From positions 84,873-148,872 of the forward strand of contig JAHFFE010000001.1 in NCBI GenBank assembly GCA_023248155.1: a stretch of DNA of 64,000 nucleotides, written 5' to 3'. Positions 40,448 through 50,375 of this stretch are shown here, piece after piece. Below the pieces are notes generated by a model that searched no databases, was not told the DNA's origin, and saw only the letters and a list, made by a program, of their open reading frames with translations. Positions within the stretch are counted from its first letter, which is position 1. Every line of letters starts with the position of its first letter. The position numbers were made by a program, and so were the translations under genes. This DNA comes from Candidatus Omnitrophota bacterium (lineage in GTDB: Bacteria; Omnitrophota; Gorgyraeia; 1-14-0-20-64-10).

Positions 40448-41260
40448 ATGCGCCCACTAGAAAAACAGCTTCTTTCCCTGCGACATCACCCAGCCCTCAA
40501 AAAAACAGACTGGATTTGGAACTGTCTCCGTCCTTGCTATGATGCCGTGCTTGCGTTGGTTGCTTTTAAAGGGATGGAACGAGTGATGAATGGAACGGAC
40601 AAGATATTCCTTCATCCTCAATCCAGACATACTCTGGAAACATACGAACCGAATGTTTGGAAACATGTCATGGGAGAGATTCGCAGCGGAGATGTTGTTG
40701 TGGATGTGGGCGCAAATATTGGATTGTATACGATTGCTCTCGCAAAGAGGGTTGGCCCAGAAGGCACAGTGATCGCCTTTGAGCCGGACTCTGACAATTT
40801 CCACGCTTTAAGAAAAAACGTAAAACTTAATCAGATCGAACATCAAGTTCAGCTCATAAGAGCGGCTGTGGGCGACTTCCCAGGAGAAGTTTCCTTATCA
40901 AAAGCACAGATGGAATCCCATGTTTTGTCTGATGCAGCCCAAGGAAGCGAAAGAGTTCCGATGGTAACTCTAGACGATGTTTGTAAGCAAAAGATAGACA
41001 TTCTCAAGATTGACATCGAAGGCTATGAAGAAAAAGCTCTTCTCGGTGCGAGCCGTCTTTTAGAAGATTCCGAAAGATCTCCGCGCTGTATCTATCTCGA
41101 AGTTCATCCATTTGCATGGCCAAGCGTTGGCACAACCTCGGAATCGTTGCTTACTTTGCTCGAAAAATTGGGATATCAAGCGGAATATATCGATGGGGGA
41201 ATTGTTCATCGGATTGATTACTGGGGAGAGATCATTGCCCGAAAAAACGATAAGAATTAA
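40448..41260 (+). CDS. FkbM-family SAM methyltransferase
   Basis: YEP, VVDVGANIG, AFEPD, LKIDIEGYE, EVHP; start at 40448 or 40439. Confidence 0.9.
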   Translation: MRPLEKQLLSLRHHPALKKTDWIWNCLRPCYDAVLALVAFKGMERVMNGTDKIFLHPQSRHTLETYEPNVWKHVMGEIRSGDVVVDVGANIGLYTIALAKRVGPEGTVIAFEPDSDNFHALRKNVKLNQIEHQVQLIRAAVGDFPGEVSLSKAQMESHVLSDAAQGSERVPMVTLDDVCKQKIDILKIDIEGYEEKALLGASRLLEDSERSPRCIYLEVHPFAWPSVGTTSESLLTLLEKLGYQAEYIDGGIVHRIDYWGEIIARKNDKN

Positions 41261-42419
41261 TCAAAAAATAGCTTATGTTCAATATACAAACCCCGAGTCC
41301 TACTCACCCCTAAGTCAAAGCTCCGGCCTACTGGCTCGCAAAGGCTGGGAAGTTTTGTTTTTGGGAACAGCCGGTTTTTCCATCGAAATGATTCGCTTTC
41401 CTCAGCGTCCACATATTATCGTGAAACGAATTCCATTTTGTCCGTCTGGCTGGCGACAGAAATTACATTACCTATTCTTTTTTTTATGGGTCATCTTTTG
41501 GGTACTATGGTGGAGGCCGCGATGGATTTATGCTTCCGATCCATTAGCTTGCCCGATTACCGCCACACTCTGTTTTGTGCCAGGCCTCAAGATCCTTTAT
41601 CACGAGCATGATTCTCCTGAAAAACAGCAAGCGACTACCTCCTTATTTGCGAGGGTTGTTTTATGGACCCGGAAAAGAGTAGTTCATTTTGCGGACGCCT
41701 GCGTTCTCCCTAATGAACAACGGGTAAAACTGTTTATGGATACAACCGGAAGAACAAAAAAAATTTTTTGTGTTTGGAATTGCCCAACGAAAAAAGAAGT
41801 GGTCCAGTCGCGTTCTCCTGCCAGACAGGATAATCTGAAAATTATTTACCAGGGCTCCATCAATTCCGCACGATTACCCGAGACGGTGTTGTACGCAATG
41901 AAGCAATTCTCTGGAAAAGTCCGGATGAAAGTGATTGGTTATGAGACGATTGGCTCAAGAGGATATGTTCGAAAAATCCAGGAATTGTCGCAAACGTTAG
42001 GCATTTCCTCTTCGATTGAATGGCTGGGGACAGTTCCGTTAAGAGAAGACATGCGGCGCTCTTCTTCCGACTGCCAGGTTGGCTTATCGTTGATCCCGAT
42101 GAAAACATCGGACATTAATTTAGAACGCATGCCAGGTGCTTCAGGTAAGCCGTTTGATTATATGGCTTGCGGTTTGGCGGTCTTGACGTCAGATTTACCA
42201 GATTGGAATAAAATGTATGTAGGGCGTGGATATGGATTGGCCTGCAACCCTGAAGATCCGGAGAGCATCGCAAACGCGCTGCGATGGTTTTTGGAGCATC
42301 CCGATGAAACGCGTGCGATGGGAGAAGATGGTCGTCAGAAGATATTAACAGACTGGAATTATGAAAAACAATTTCAGCCGGTACTAGAATTGCTGGAAAA
42401 CAGAATTGTGTCTATATGA
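41235..42419 (+). CDS. Glycosyltransferase family 4-like
   Basis: YHEHD, YQGSI, K.FDYMACGLAV..SD, MGE.GR; TTG start at 41235 with GGGGAG upstream. Confidence 0.85.
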   Translation: MPEKTIRINQKIAYVQYTNPESYSPLSQSSGLLARKGWEVLFLGTAGFSIEMIRFPQRPHIIVKRIPFCPSGWRQKLHYLFFFLWVIFWVLWWRPRWIYASDPLACPITATLCFVPGLKILYHEHDSPEKQQATTSLFARVVLWTRKRVVHFADACVLPNEQRVKLFMDTTGRTKKIFCVWNCPTKKEVVQSRSPARQDNLKIIYQGSINSARLPETVLYAMKQFSGKVRMKVIGYETIGSRGYVRKIQELSQTLGISSSIEWLGTVPLREDMRRSSSDCQVGLSLIPMKTSDINLERMPGASGKPFDYMACGLAVLTSDLPDWNKMYVGRGYGLACNPEDPESIANALRWFLEHPDETRAMGEDGRQKILTDWNYEKQFQPVLELLENRIVSI

Positions 42420-43597
42420 AAAATGGACTGGTTATCGTTGATACGCATCCAGTCCAATATCGAGCGCCGCTTTATCGGATGCTGCAGCAGGAGTTCAAAA
42501 TTCCAGTCACGGTAATTTACGGATCCGACCTTAGTATTCGCGGCGGATACGATTCTGAGTTTAAAAAAAATTTCTCATGGGATACCGATCTTCTCTCTGG
42601 CTATAAGGCCATTTTTTTGCCGGAATCCAGCCGCAAGATTCAAGATATCTCGGAGATCTCAACAAAAGGACTGAGCGATATCCTAAAAAAACTCGATCCA
42701 GACGCTGTTTTGTTGATTGGATATAGTACGTGGTTTCACCAAACTGCTTTTTGGCAGTCTCTTCGAATGGGTATTTCAGTTTTATTCCGCGGAGAAGCTA
42801 CAGATCATGCGATTCTTCGGAGTCCGGTTAAAGCATTTTTTAGAGATTTTTTCTTAAAGCAGTTTTATTCCCGGTGCGCTCGGATTCTGTATGCAGGCCA
42901 ACGTTATCGTGACCATTTTAAGCGATTCCACGTGCCAGACAGGAAACTAATCTTTTCTCCTTATTGTGTTGATACCACCCTGTTTCACCTGGATTCATCC
43001 AGTAGAAAAAAATTTAGAGAGCAAACCCGAACTGATCAGTGTATCGGAGAAAAAGAGATCGCGATTCTTTTTTCGGGGAAATTAAGCCGGCGAAAAGGGC
43101 CCGATTTGCTGATTGAAGCGATTCGTCGGTTGCCGGATTCGATTCAGAGCCGCACGCGGATTTTATTTATGGGCGATGGAGAGCTTAAGAATGAGTTGCG
43201 GCAGTTGGCCGAAAAATCCCCAACCGTTCAAGCTGATTTTGTCGGATTTAAAAACCAAACAGAAATCTCCGCCTATTACTGTGCCGCCGATCTTCTTGTT
43301 TTGCCCAGCCGTCATGGCGAGACCTGGGGACTGGTTGTTAACGAGGCGCTTCACCACGGGGTTCCGTGCATTGTTTCTGATGGGGTCGGTTGCGCGCCGG
43401 ATTTAATCGAGAGCGGGGTAACGGGAGAGCAATTTAAAAATGGATCTATAGACGATTTGACACGAGCCATCATTCGCGCAATCCATCTCATTCAAAATCC
43501 AGGAATTGCCGAGCAATGTCATTCTCGCGTAGAGTCGTATGCGATGCCGCGTGCCGCTGAAGGTATTGCGCGCGCGTATCGGGAGGTGGTTTTGTAA
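42416..43597 (+). CDS. Glycosyltransferase family 4
   Basis: THPVQYRAP, LFSGKL..RKG, LPS...ETWGLVVNEAL..G.P. Confidence 0.9.
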   Translation: MKNGLVIVDTHPVQYRAPLYRMLQQEFKIPVTVIYGSDLSIRGGYDSEFKKNFSWDTDLLSGYKAIFLPESSRKIQDISEISTKGLSDILKKLDPDAVLLIGYSTWFHQTAFWQSLRMGISVLFRGEATDHAILRSPVKAFFRDFFLKQFYSRCARILYAGQRYRDHFKRFHVPDRKLIFSPYCVDTTLFHLDSSSRKKFREQTRTDQCIGEKEIAILFSGKLSRRKGPDLLIEAIRRLPDSIQSRTRILFMGDGELKNELRQLAEKSPTVQADFVGFKNQTEISAYYCAADLLVLPSRHGETWGLVVNEALHHGVPCIVSDGVGCAPDLIESGVTGEQFKNGSIDDLTRAIIRAIHLIQNPGIAEQCHSRVESYAMPRAAEGIARAYREVVL

Positions 43598-43598
43598 A

Positions 43599-44627
43599 AT
43601 GGCCCCTAAAATTCTGATTGTTGGAAATCCGGGAGAGGGACATGTTGGGTCTCATTTCTTTCGGGCAGCACAGCAGATGGAATTTCCCGTTCAGATTGTG
43701 GATATACGAAACGCCTACGCCCAGCGGCTGGCCGCGCGTTTTTTCCAGAAACTATTGGGAGGCCGTCCGCTTTATTCCAAACAGTTTAACCGTCAGCTGT
43801 CAGAAACCGTCCGAAAGATGGGTCCTCAGCTGGTTTTGGTGACAGGGATTGCTCCGGTTGATTTGGTTACGCTGCAGACGATCCGGAACCATAACGCGTC
43901 GTGCGTCAATTATCTGACCGACGATCCGTGGAATCCCGCACACAACGCATCCGGATTTTTGGAAACGATTTCTTGCTACAACGCCATTTTTTCCCCCAGG
44001 AAAGCGAATCTCGATGATCTTAAAAAAGAGGGAAGCGTTGTTCATTATCTGCCGTTTGCCTACGCTCCCGAGGTTCATTTCAAGGCGGCTCCGTTGAATG
44101 AAGTGGAAATAAAACAGTTTTCGTCGGACTTATTATTTATCGGTGGGGCTGATTCGGATCGGTGGGATTTGATTTGTCCGATGATCCGGGCCAAAATTAA
44201 TTTGGCTTTGTATGGTGGTTATTGGGAACGGTTTCCCGAAGCAAAGCCCTACGTGAAAGGCTTAGCTTCGCCGGATGCCATGCGAAAAGCTGTTGGTGGG
44301 GCAAAGGTGACGCTTTGTCTTGTTCGCCGTGCCAATCGGGACGGGCATTCGATGCGAACATTTGAACTGCCGGCCATGGGGGGCTGTCTGTTGACGCAAG
44401 ACACGCAGGAGCATCGTGATATTTTTGGACCTGAAGGCAATGCAACAGTTTATTTTAAAAACAGCGCTGAAATGATTGAAAAATTGCGCTGGCTTCTTGC
44501 CAATGAGCCTGAAAGAAATCGGCTGGCGACCGCGGCTCAGAAGATCATTGTGAACGGAAAACAGACTTATCAGCATCGATTGGAAACCATTTTGAATACA
44601 ACCTTTGCCGGAAGGATGAACCAATGA
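43599..44627 (+). CDS. CgeB-like glycosyltransferase (GT-B)
   Basis: TDDPWN, LPFAY, FIGG.D..R, MRTFELPAMGG.LL, TYQHR. Confidence 0.82.
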   Translation: MAPKILIVGNPGEGHVGSHFFRAAQQMEFPVQIVDIRNAYAQRLAARFFQKLLGGRPLYSKQFNRQLSETVRKMGPQLVLVTGIAPVDLVTLQTIRNHNASCVNYLTDDPWNPAHNASGFLETISCYNAIFSPRKANLDDLKKEGSVVHYLPFAYAPEVHFKAAPLNEVEIKQFSSDLLFIGGADSDRWDLICPMIRAKINLALYGGYWERFPEAKPYVKGLASPDAMRKAVGGAKVTLCLVRRANRDGHSMRTFELPAMGGCLLTQDTQEHRDIFGPEGNATVYFKNSAEMIEKLRWLLANEPERNRLATAAQKIIVNGKQTYQHRLETILNTTFAGRMNQ

Positions 44628-45667
44628 CATTAAAAGCATTGATTACAGGCAGCAGCGGGCTGGTCGGTTCTGAAGCAGCCGCTTTTTTTGACCAGCGCGG
44701 GTGGCAGGTGATCGGTATCGATAATAATATGCGCCGGGACTTTTTTGGACCGGAGGGGGATACTACTCGAAATCTGAAACGGCTGCAGTCTGTCACGAAG
44801 CGATTTACTCATCATGCCATCGATATTCGAGATCGTTCTGCGCTTACGGGTTTGGTGAGCGAACATCGGCCGAATCTGATTATTCATTGCGCTGCGCAAC
44901 CTTCTCACGATCTGGCGAAAGATCGTCCGTTCGATGATTTTGAAATCAACGCAGTGGGGACTTTAAATCTGCTGGAAGCGGCCCGGCATTTTTGCCCCGA
45001 ATCTCCGTTTGTTTTTATGAGCACCAATAAAGTTTATGGAGATGCTCCCAACCGCATTCCATTGACGGAACTGGAGACGCGCTTTGACTATGCCGACCCC
45101 GCTTCTCGAAACGGGATCAATGAAATGTGCAGCCTTGATACCAGCCTGCACAGTCTTTTTGGAGCTTCCAAGCTGTCGGCAGATATTCTGGTGCAGGAAT
45201 ATGGGCGTTATTTTAATATGCCGACGGTTTGTTTTCGGTGCGGATGCCTGACTGGTCCTCAGCATGCTAGTGCGGAAGCGCACGGGTTCCTGGCCTATCT
45301 GGCGCGTTCATTTTTGGAAGGATTTACATACAAAATTTACGGTTATAAGGGTAAACAAGTCCGTGATAATCTTCATGCGTACGATGTTTGTACCGCCATA
45401 TGGGCTTTTTATGAAAAGCCGCGATCCGCAGCCGTATATAATTTGGGGGGTGGTCGTGACAACAGCGTTTCAGTGATCGAGGCGATTCAACGTTTTGAAA
45501 AACTGACGAAGAAAAAAATTAAAACCGAGTATCATTCACAAGCACGTCTGGGCGATCACATCTGCTATGTCAGCGACCTGGCTTCTTTTCACCGCGATTA
45601 TCCTTCCTGGCGGTTGGAGCGTACGATCGACAGAATTTTTGACGAATTGGTCCAGTCATCCTTATGA
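44624..45667 (+). CDS. NAD-dependent epimerase (CDP-paratose 2-epimerase-like)
   Basis: ITGSSGLVG, HCAAQPSHD, STNKVYGD, FGASK, GKQVRDNLH. Confidence 0.88.
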   Translation: MTLKALITGSSGLVGSEAAAFFDQRGWQVIGIDNNMRRDFFGPEGDTTRNLKRLQSVTKRFTHHAIDIRDRSALTGLVSEHRPNLIIHCAAQPSHDLAKDRPFDDFEINAVGTLNLLEAARHFCPESPFVFMSTNKVYGDAPNRIPLTELETRFDYADPASRNGINEMCSLDTSLHSLFGASKLSADILVQEYGRYFNMPTVCFRCGCLTGPQHASAEAHGFLAYLARSFLEGFTYKIYGYKGKQVRDNLHAYDVCTAIWAFYEKPRSAAVYNLGGGRDNSVSVIEAIQRFEKLTKKKIKTEYHSQARLGDHICYVSDLASFHRDYPSWRLERTIDRIFDELVQSSL

Positions 45668-46878
45668 GCTTGCGATTGAAGAAATTAAAAATCGCCATCG
45701 TCGTTCACGGCCGCTTCCACGCGTTTGATCTTGCCCGCGAGTTGCTAAAGAGAGGACATGAGGTAATCCTGTTTACCAATTATCCAAAATATGTTGCTGG
45801 AAAATTCGGAATCCCCAGAATAAATACACGCACTTTTTTACTTCATGGCGTGTTGTCCAAGATAGGTTCTTTCATGGAACGTTTGCTGGGGGTTCGTTTT
45901 TTGGAGGCTTTTCTGCATCGTCTGTTTGGTTTTTGGGCAAAGAAAGAATTAGAGAAAGAAAGCTGGGATGTTATCCACTGCTGGAGTGGAATATCGGAAG
46001 AATGCCTGCAATACCCAAAGATTTCTAGGACGCTGAAATTCCTAATGCGAGGATCTTCTCATATTCGAACGCAAAGCAATATTTTGGAGGAAGAGATGCG
46101 CAGGACAGGCATTTCGATTGATCGGCCAAGCCCTTGGATGATTGCGAGAGAGGAGCGCGAGTATGCTTTAGCAGATAAAATCTGCGTTCTCTCGCAATTC
46201 TGCAGGGACACATTTATTGAACAAGGCATCTCAATGCAAAAACTTTCCATTCTTTTGCTTGGAGCGGCACGAGAGGTTTTTAGGCCTATAGAATGCGTCG
46301 TCGAAGAACGATATGCCAGAATTTTATCTGGGCAGCCCCTCCGTGTTCTTTACGTAGGAGCTCTGTCGTTTCGCAAAGGTTTTTTTGATATGGAGAGAAT
46401 TCTTGGGCGTATTGATAGGAATCGGTTCCAATTTCGCTTCGTAGGGCCTTGCGCGCATGAATTAAGAGAATTTTTAAAGAGGCCTTCTTTTTGCGGTACC
46501 GAGATTGTGCCAAAACAACCACAAGATCAGCTGCCAGTTCATTATGCGTGGGCGGATATTTTTATTTTTCCAACACTGGAAGAAGGGTATCCGCAGGTTT
46601 TGGCGCAAGCGGCTGTCTCGGGGCTTCCCATTTTGACCACATTGAATGGCGCTGGATCCGATATTGTGAAGAACGGAAAAACAGGGTGGATACTGCCTAT
46701 TCGAGAACCAGAGAAATTTGTTCAATGTTTAAATGAGTGCGATAACCAGAGACGGCATTTAGCTGAAATTACTCGGTTTATTTATCAAGAATTTAAACCA
46801 CGATATGCTTCGGATGTGGCCGCTGATTTCGAGAAGATCTGTACAGAGGAATTAGAAAAAATCAGAGATTCCCGATAG
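45664..46878 (+). CDS. Glycosyltransferase family 4
   Basis: GRFHAFDLA, LYVGAL..RKG, FPTLEEG....LAQA..SGLP. Confidence 0.88.
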   Translation: MSLRLKKLKIAIVVHGRFHAFDLARELLKRGHEVILFTNYPKYVAGKFGIPRINTRTFLLHGVLSKIGSFMERLLGVRFLEAFLHRLFGFWAKKELEKESWDVIHCWSGISEECLQYPKISRTLKFLMRGSSHIRTQSNILEEEMRRTGISIDRPSPWMIAREEREYALADKICVLSQFCRDTFIEQGISMQKLSILLLGAAREVFRPIECVVEERYARILSGQPLRVLYVGALSFRKGFFDMERILGRIDRNRFQFRFVGPCAHELREFLKRPSFCGTEIVPKQPQDQLPVHYAWADIFIFPTLEEGYPQVLAQAAVSGLPILTTLNGAGSDIVKNGKTGWILPIREPEKFVQCLNECDNQRRHLAEITRFIYQEFKPRYASDVAADFEKICTEELEKIRDSR

Positions 46879-46907
46879 AAAGTTTCGTTGATGACAATCA
46901 TAGAAAG

Positions 46908-47642
46908 CTAGGATTGTTCCGTATGGGAATATTTAAGATAGGAGGTAATCACGCTTGAAGAGGCGCCAAAAGCTTCCGAAACCCCCTTATTGAGCCAAAG
47001 CGTATCGGTCGTATGTTGACGTAGAATTTCCATATCATGCGAGACCAAAATTAATGTGGCTCCATCTTTGTTTAAAGCTTCAATGCGTGAAAGACTTTTT
47101 CGCTGAAATTCGTCATCTCCCACGCTCCAAGCCTCATCAATCAAAAGAATTTCCGCCTCTGTATGCATGCCCACACTAAATGCCAGCCGCATCATCATGC
47201 CGGTAGAGTAATGCTTGACCGGCATATCAATGAATTCAGAAATGCCGGCGAAATCAATAATGGAGTCCATCTTTTTTTCAATTTCCCGCCGGCGCATTCC
47301 TAACAGAATGCCGTTGAGGTAGATATTTTCACGTCCTGTAAAGTCTCCCTGCATTCCTGAAAAAAGATCCAGCAAAGAAACAACGCGGCCTTTAACCCGA
47401 ACAGAACCATGCGTCGCATTGGTTACGCCGGCGATAATTCGCAACAGCGTTGTTTTTCCAGAGCCGTTAGCGCCAATGATTCCTATCCGTTGCCCCGCCG
47501 AAATTTCCAAATCAAGATTTTTCAATGACCAGAACCAATGTTTTTCTGGATTTCGCAACAAAGATAGAGACTGGGTGATGTATTGAGATCCTTGAAGACG
47601 GCAGTATTTTTTGTAAACCCGAGAAAGCGCAATGCGACTCAT
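46908..47642 (-). CDS. wzt: Polysaccharide ABC transporter ATPase (Wzt-type, no C-terminal carbohydrate-binding domain)
   Basis: GIIGANGSGKTT, TGRENI, YSTGM..RLAFS, LLIDEA.SVGD. Confidence 0.9.
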   Translation of the reverse strand: MSRIALSRVYKKYCRLQGSQYITQSLSLLRNPEKHWFWSLKNLDLEISAGQRIGIIGANGSGKTTLLRIIAGVTNATHGSVRVKGRVVSLLDLFSGMQGDFTGRENIYLNGILLGMRRREIEKKMDSIIDFAGISEFIDMPVKHYSTGMMMRLAFSVGMHTEAEILLIDEAWSVGDDEFQRKSLSRIEALNKDGATLILVSHDMEILRQHTTDTLWLNKGVSEAFGASSSVITSYLKYSHTEQS

Positions 47643-48448
47643 CAGAGCAGGTCCACCAAATCGCCCTCCAGTTTTCCGAATAAACTGACTCCGGCGATAA
47701 ACATAATTACAGAAACTAAGATAGCCGGACCCATCAAATACAGAGGAGGAGCTTGCCCCAGCAAAAGGACTGATCGGTAACTCTCAATAAAACCAGCCAT
47801 CGGATTCCAGCGTGACAACAGGTTGAAATCTTCCGGAACCATCGATTGGGGATAAAAAACAGGGCAGGCGAAAAACCAGAGCCACAACAATTGTGGAATC
47901 GCCTGCCCGACATCTTTTAAGAATACATTCGTTAGTGAAATCAGGCAACCCAATCCGATTAGGAACAGTATATGAACGAATAGAATGGCCGGAAGCCAGA
48001 TTGCTGTCCATGAAATGGGATAGTGATAGTAGATAAACAGTCCGACCAACAGTAATGTCATGACGCATAAGTCTACCACTGCCGAAATCAAGACTGAAAC
48101 CGGGAAAATGATTTTTGGAATATAGACCCGCTTTAAAATATTGGTTACCCCTGAGACAGCAATGACGGATTGAGATGCATAGAGTGATGTAAACGACCAG
48201 GCGACCATTCCTACTGCTGCGAAAAGCGCGTAAGGCACATTACCGGTTGGAATGTCGGAAACTTTGCGAATGTAATGGAAAATACCAGTTAACGCTACCG
48301 GTTGCAGAAATATCCAGCCAAAGCCGAGCAGCGTCTCTTTATAGCGTGTATTGATCCGATGGACGGCCAAATTCAACATCAATTCGATGGTCCATCGAAT
48401 TGATTTTCGGGGAGAGCGCTGGATTTGCAACGCAGGTAGTCTAGCCAC
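47642..48448 (-). CDS. wzm: Polysaccharide ABC transporter permease (Wzm-type)
   Basis: RYK.TLLGFGW..LQP, KRVYIP, KDV, PVFYP, NPMA..IE.YR. Confidence 0.9.
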   Translation of the reverse strand: MARLPALQIQRSPRKSIRWTIELMLNLAVHRINTRYKETLLGFGWIFLQPVALTGIFHYIRKVSDIPTGNVPYALFAAVGMVAWSFTSLYASQSVIAVSGVTNILKRVYIPKIIFPVSVLISAVVDLCVMTLLLVGLFIYYHYPISWTAIWLPAILFVHILFLIGLGCLISLTNVFLKDVGQAIPQLLWLWFFACPVFYPQSMVPEDFNLLSRWNPMAGFIESYRSVLLLGQAPPLYLMGPAILVSVIMFIAGVSLFGKLEGDLVDLL

Positions 48449-50375
48449 AAGGTTCTCCCAGAATATAGGAACGGTACCAGCTGTCGAACATCAGAATAGA
48501 GAGTAACTCAGAGGATAGATCTCGCTGTCCCGCGTGATGCGTGCGGCGCATGCGCTGAACCAAGTCACAGTCAAAAATCCCCTCTTTTTTGATTCGCGCG
48601 GGAGTCATCACAGAATCAAAATAATAATTGAAACAACCGGTAAGCCAGCGATTCAATGGACCTCCAAATCCGCGCTTGGGTGCCTTGCGGATTTCTACAG
48701 GGAGCAAATCAGCGAAAGCGTCCGTCAAAATCTTTTTTGAAGACCAAAGATCCATTTTATCATGGAACGGAATAGCTGCGCTTAGCTCAACCAGCCGCAG
48801 ATCCAAAAAAGGGACTCGCGTTTCCAATGCGACCGACATGGTTGCCTTATCCGTGTATTCCAGTAAATTGTCCGATAGAAAAAGCCCTAATTCCGCTGCG
48901 AACACTTTTTGATAATCATTCGATACCGATCCCGAATGCTGCATTCTATCCAGAGCGATTCGCGATGCGGGAACCCAGGGTCCGTTCTGCGAAAAAACCG
49001 GCAAAAGCAGCTGTTTTTCTGCTTCATCGAGGCGATAGCCCCACTGGGTATATTGATCGGCCAGAGGTTGGCCGAATCCGCGGGAAATTCGTTTCATTCT
49101 TCGTAAAAAACCATTTTCACGCGGAGCCATCTCCGCAAACCGGTGCAAAGTTTTTCCGATCGGGCGGGGGAACCGTCTGAGAAGCGGGGCCCAGGGCAAA
49201 AGCCGGTATTTGGCATAACCGCCAAACAATTCATCGCCTCCGACGCCTGAAAGCGCCACAGTGACTTCTTTTCGGGTTTCTTGCGCAATCAGATGTTGAA
49301 GGTACAGCGTTTGATTGGCCAACGGCTGATCGACCCAGCGGATACTTTCGATAAATTTTTCCGGTTTATTCAGCCGAACAGAAAGTTCGTGGTGGTCGGT
49401 TCCGATCATTCGGCTGGCCAGCCGTGCATAATGCGCATCCGATCGGGCACTCTCTCCGAACTCTTCGAAGATGACGGTAAAAGTTTTTAATTTTCCTTTG
49501 GAGTGCGGCGCCATGAGTGCCGCCAGCAGCGTGGAATCAATTCCGCCGCTGAAAAAGAGACCGACCGGCACATCGCTTATCATCTGACGCCGAACGGCAT
49601 CGGTTAACAGCATTCGGACCGATTCTTTGAGCTCATCATAGGAAGCCTGGGTTGCCGTGGTTTTGGAAAATGGAGACCAATATGATTCGGAAGAAAATTT
49701 TCCGGAAACCAAATCCACTGTAATCAAAGTTGCCGGCGGAAGATTCACAATTTCTTTAAAAGCGGTTTTTGGATGCGGAACAAACAGATAGGTGAAATAA
49801 TCCGAGATTCCCTGCCAATCTACCTCGGCGGGAATTAAACCGGTTGCCAGCAATGCCTTGATTTCAGATCCAAAAACAAAACCATTGCCGCGCTGTGCAT
49901 AAAACAGCGGCTTGACACCCAAGGGATCTCTCGCCAGAAGAACCCGCTTCTTTTGAGGATCGTAAATGGCAAAGGCAAAAATCCCGTTTAATTTCTTGAC
50001 GAACGAAGGACCTTCCTCAGCATACAGGTGCAGAAGAACTTCCGTGTCGGTATTTGAGGAAAAACGATGCCCCTGTTTTTCCAGTGTCTTCCGCAGATCC
50101 TGAAAATTATAAATCTCGCCATTGTAAGTGATCCATGCATTGCCCTGTTTTGAGCGGCAGCAGGCGCAGCCCTCGCTCGACATGGGCTGATGCCCAGCCG
50201 CCGAAAGGTCAAGGATGCTGAGCCGGGTATGAATGAATCCGACGGAACGATCCGGGTTTAGGTAAAAACCGTTGTCGTCGGGGCCCCGGTGCTTTAAGGT
50301 CTGAATGAGTGTCTGAAGCCGGCTTTCCTGAACCGGTTCCGATGAAAAGTGAATGATGCCTGCGATGCCGCACAT
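48441..50375 (-). CDS. asnB: Asparagine synthase-family glutamine amidotransferase (glycan amidation type)
   Basis: MCGIAG, HRGPD, RLSILDL, NGEIYN, SGGIDS, SGVGGDELFGGY, RVPFLD. Confidence 0.92.
   Translation of the reverse strand: MCGIAGIIHFSSEPVQESRLQTLIQTLKHRGPDDNGFYLNPDRSVGFIHTRLSILDLSAAGHQPMSSEGCACCRSKQGNAWITYNGEIYNFQDLRKTLEKQGHRFSSNTDTEVLLHLYAEEGPSFVKKLNGIFAFAIYDPQKKRVLLARDPLGVKPLFYAQRGNGFVFGSEIKALLATGLIPAEVDWQGISDYFTYLFVPHPKTAFKEIVNLPPATLITVDLVSGKFSSESYWSPFSKTTATQASYDELKESVRMLLTDAVRRQMISDVPVGLFFSGGIDSTLLAALMAPHSKGKLKTFTVIFEEFGESARSDAHYARLASRMIGTDHHELSVRLNKPEKFIESIRWVDQPLANQTLYLQHLIAQETRKEVTVALSGVGGDELFGGYAKYRLLPWAPLLRRFPRPIGKTLHRFAEMAPRENGFLRRMKRISRGFGQPLADQYTQWGYRLDEAEKQLLLPVFSQNGPWVPASRIALDRMQHSGSVSNDYQKVFAAELGLFLSDNLLEYTDKATMSVALETRVPFLDLRLVELSAAIPFHDKMDLWSSKKILTDAFADLLPVEIRKAPKRGFGGPLNRWLTGCFNYYFDSVMTPARIKKEGIFDCDLVQRMRRTHHAGQRDLSSELLSILMFDSWYRSYILGEPCG

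Noticed and set aside
37100-46900. Integron-like cassette array among the AT-rich glycan genes
   Set aside because: No repeated attC-like palindromes; most genes overlap by ATGA-type junctions.
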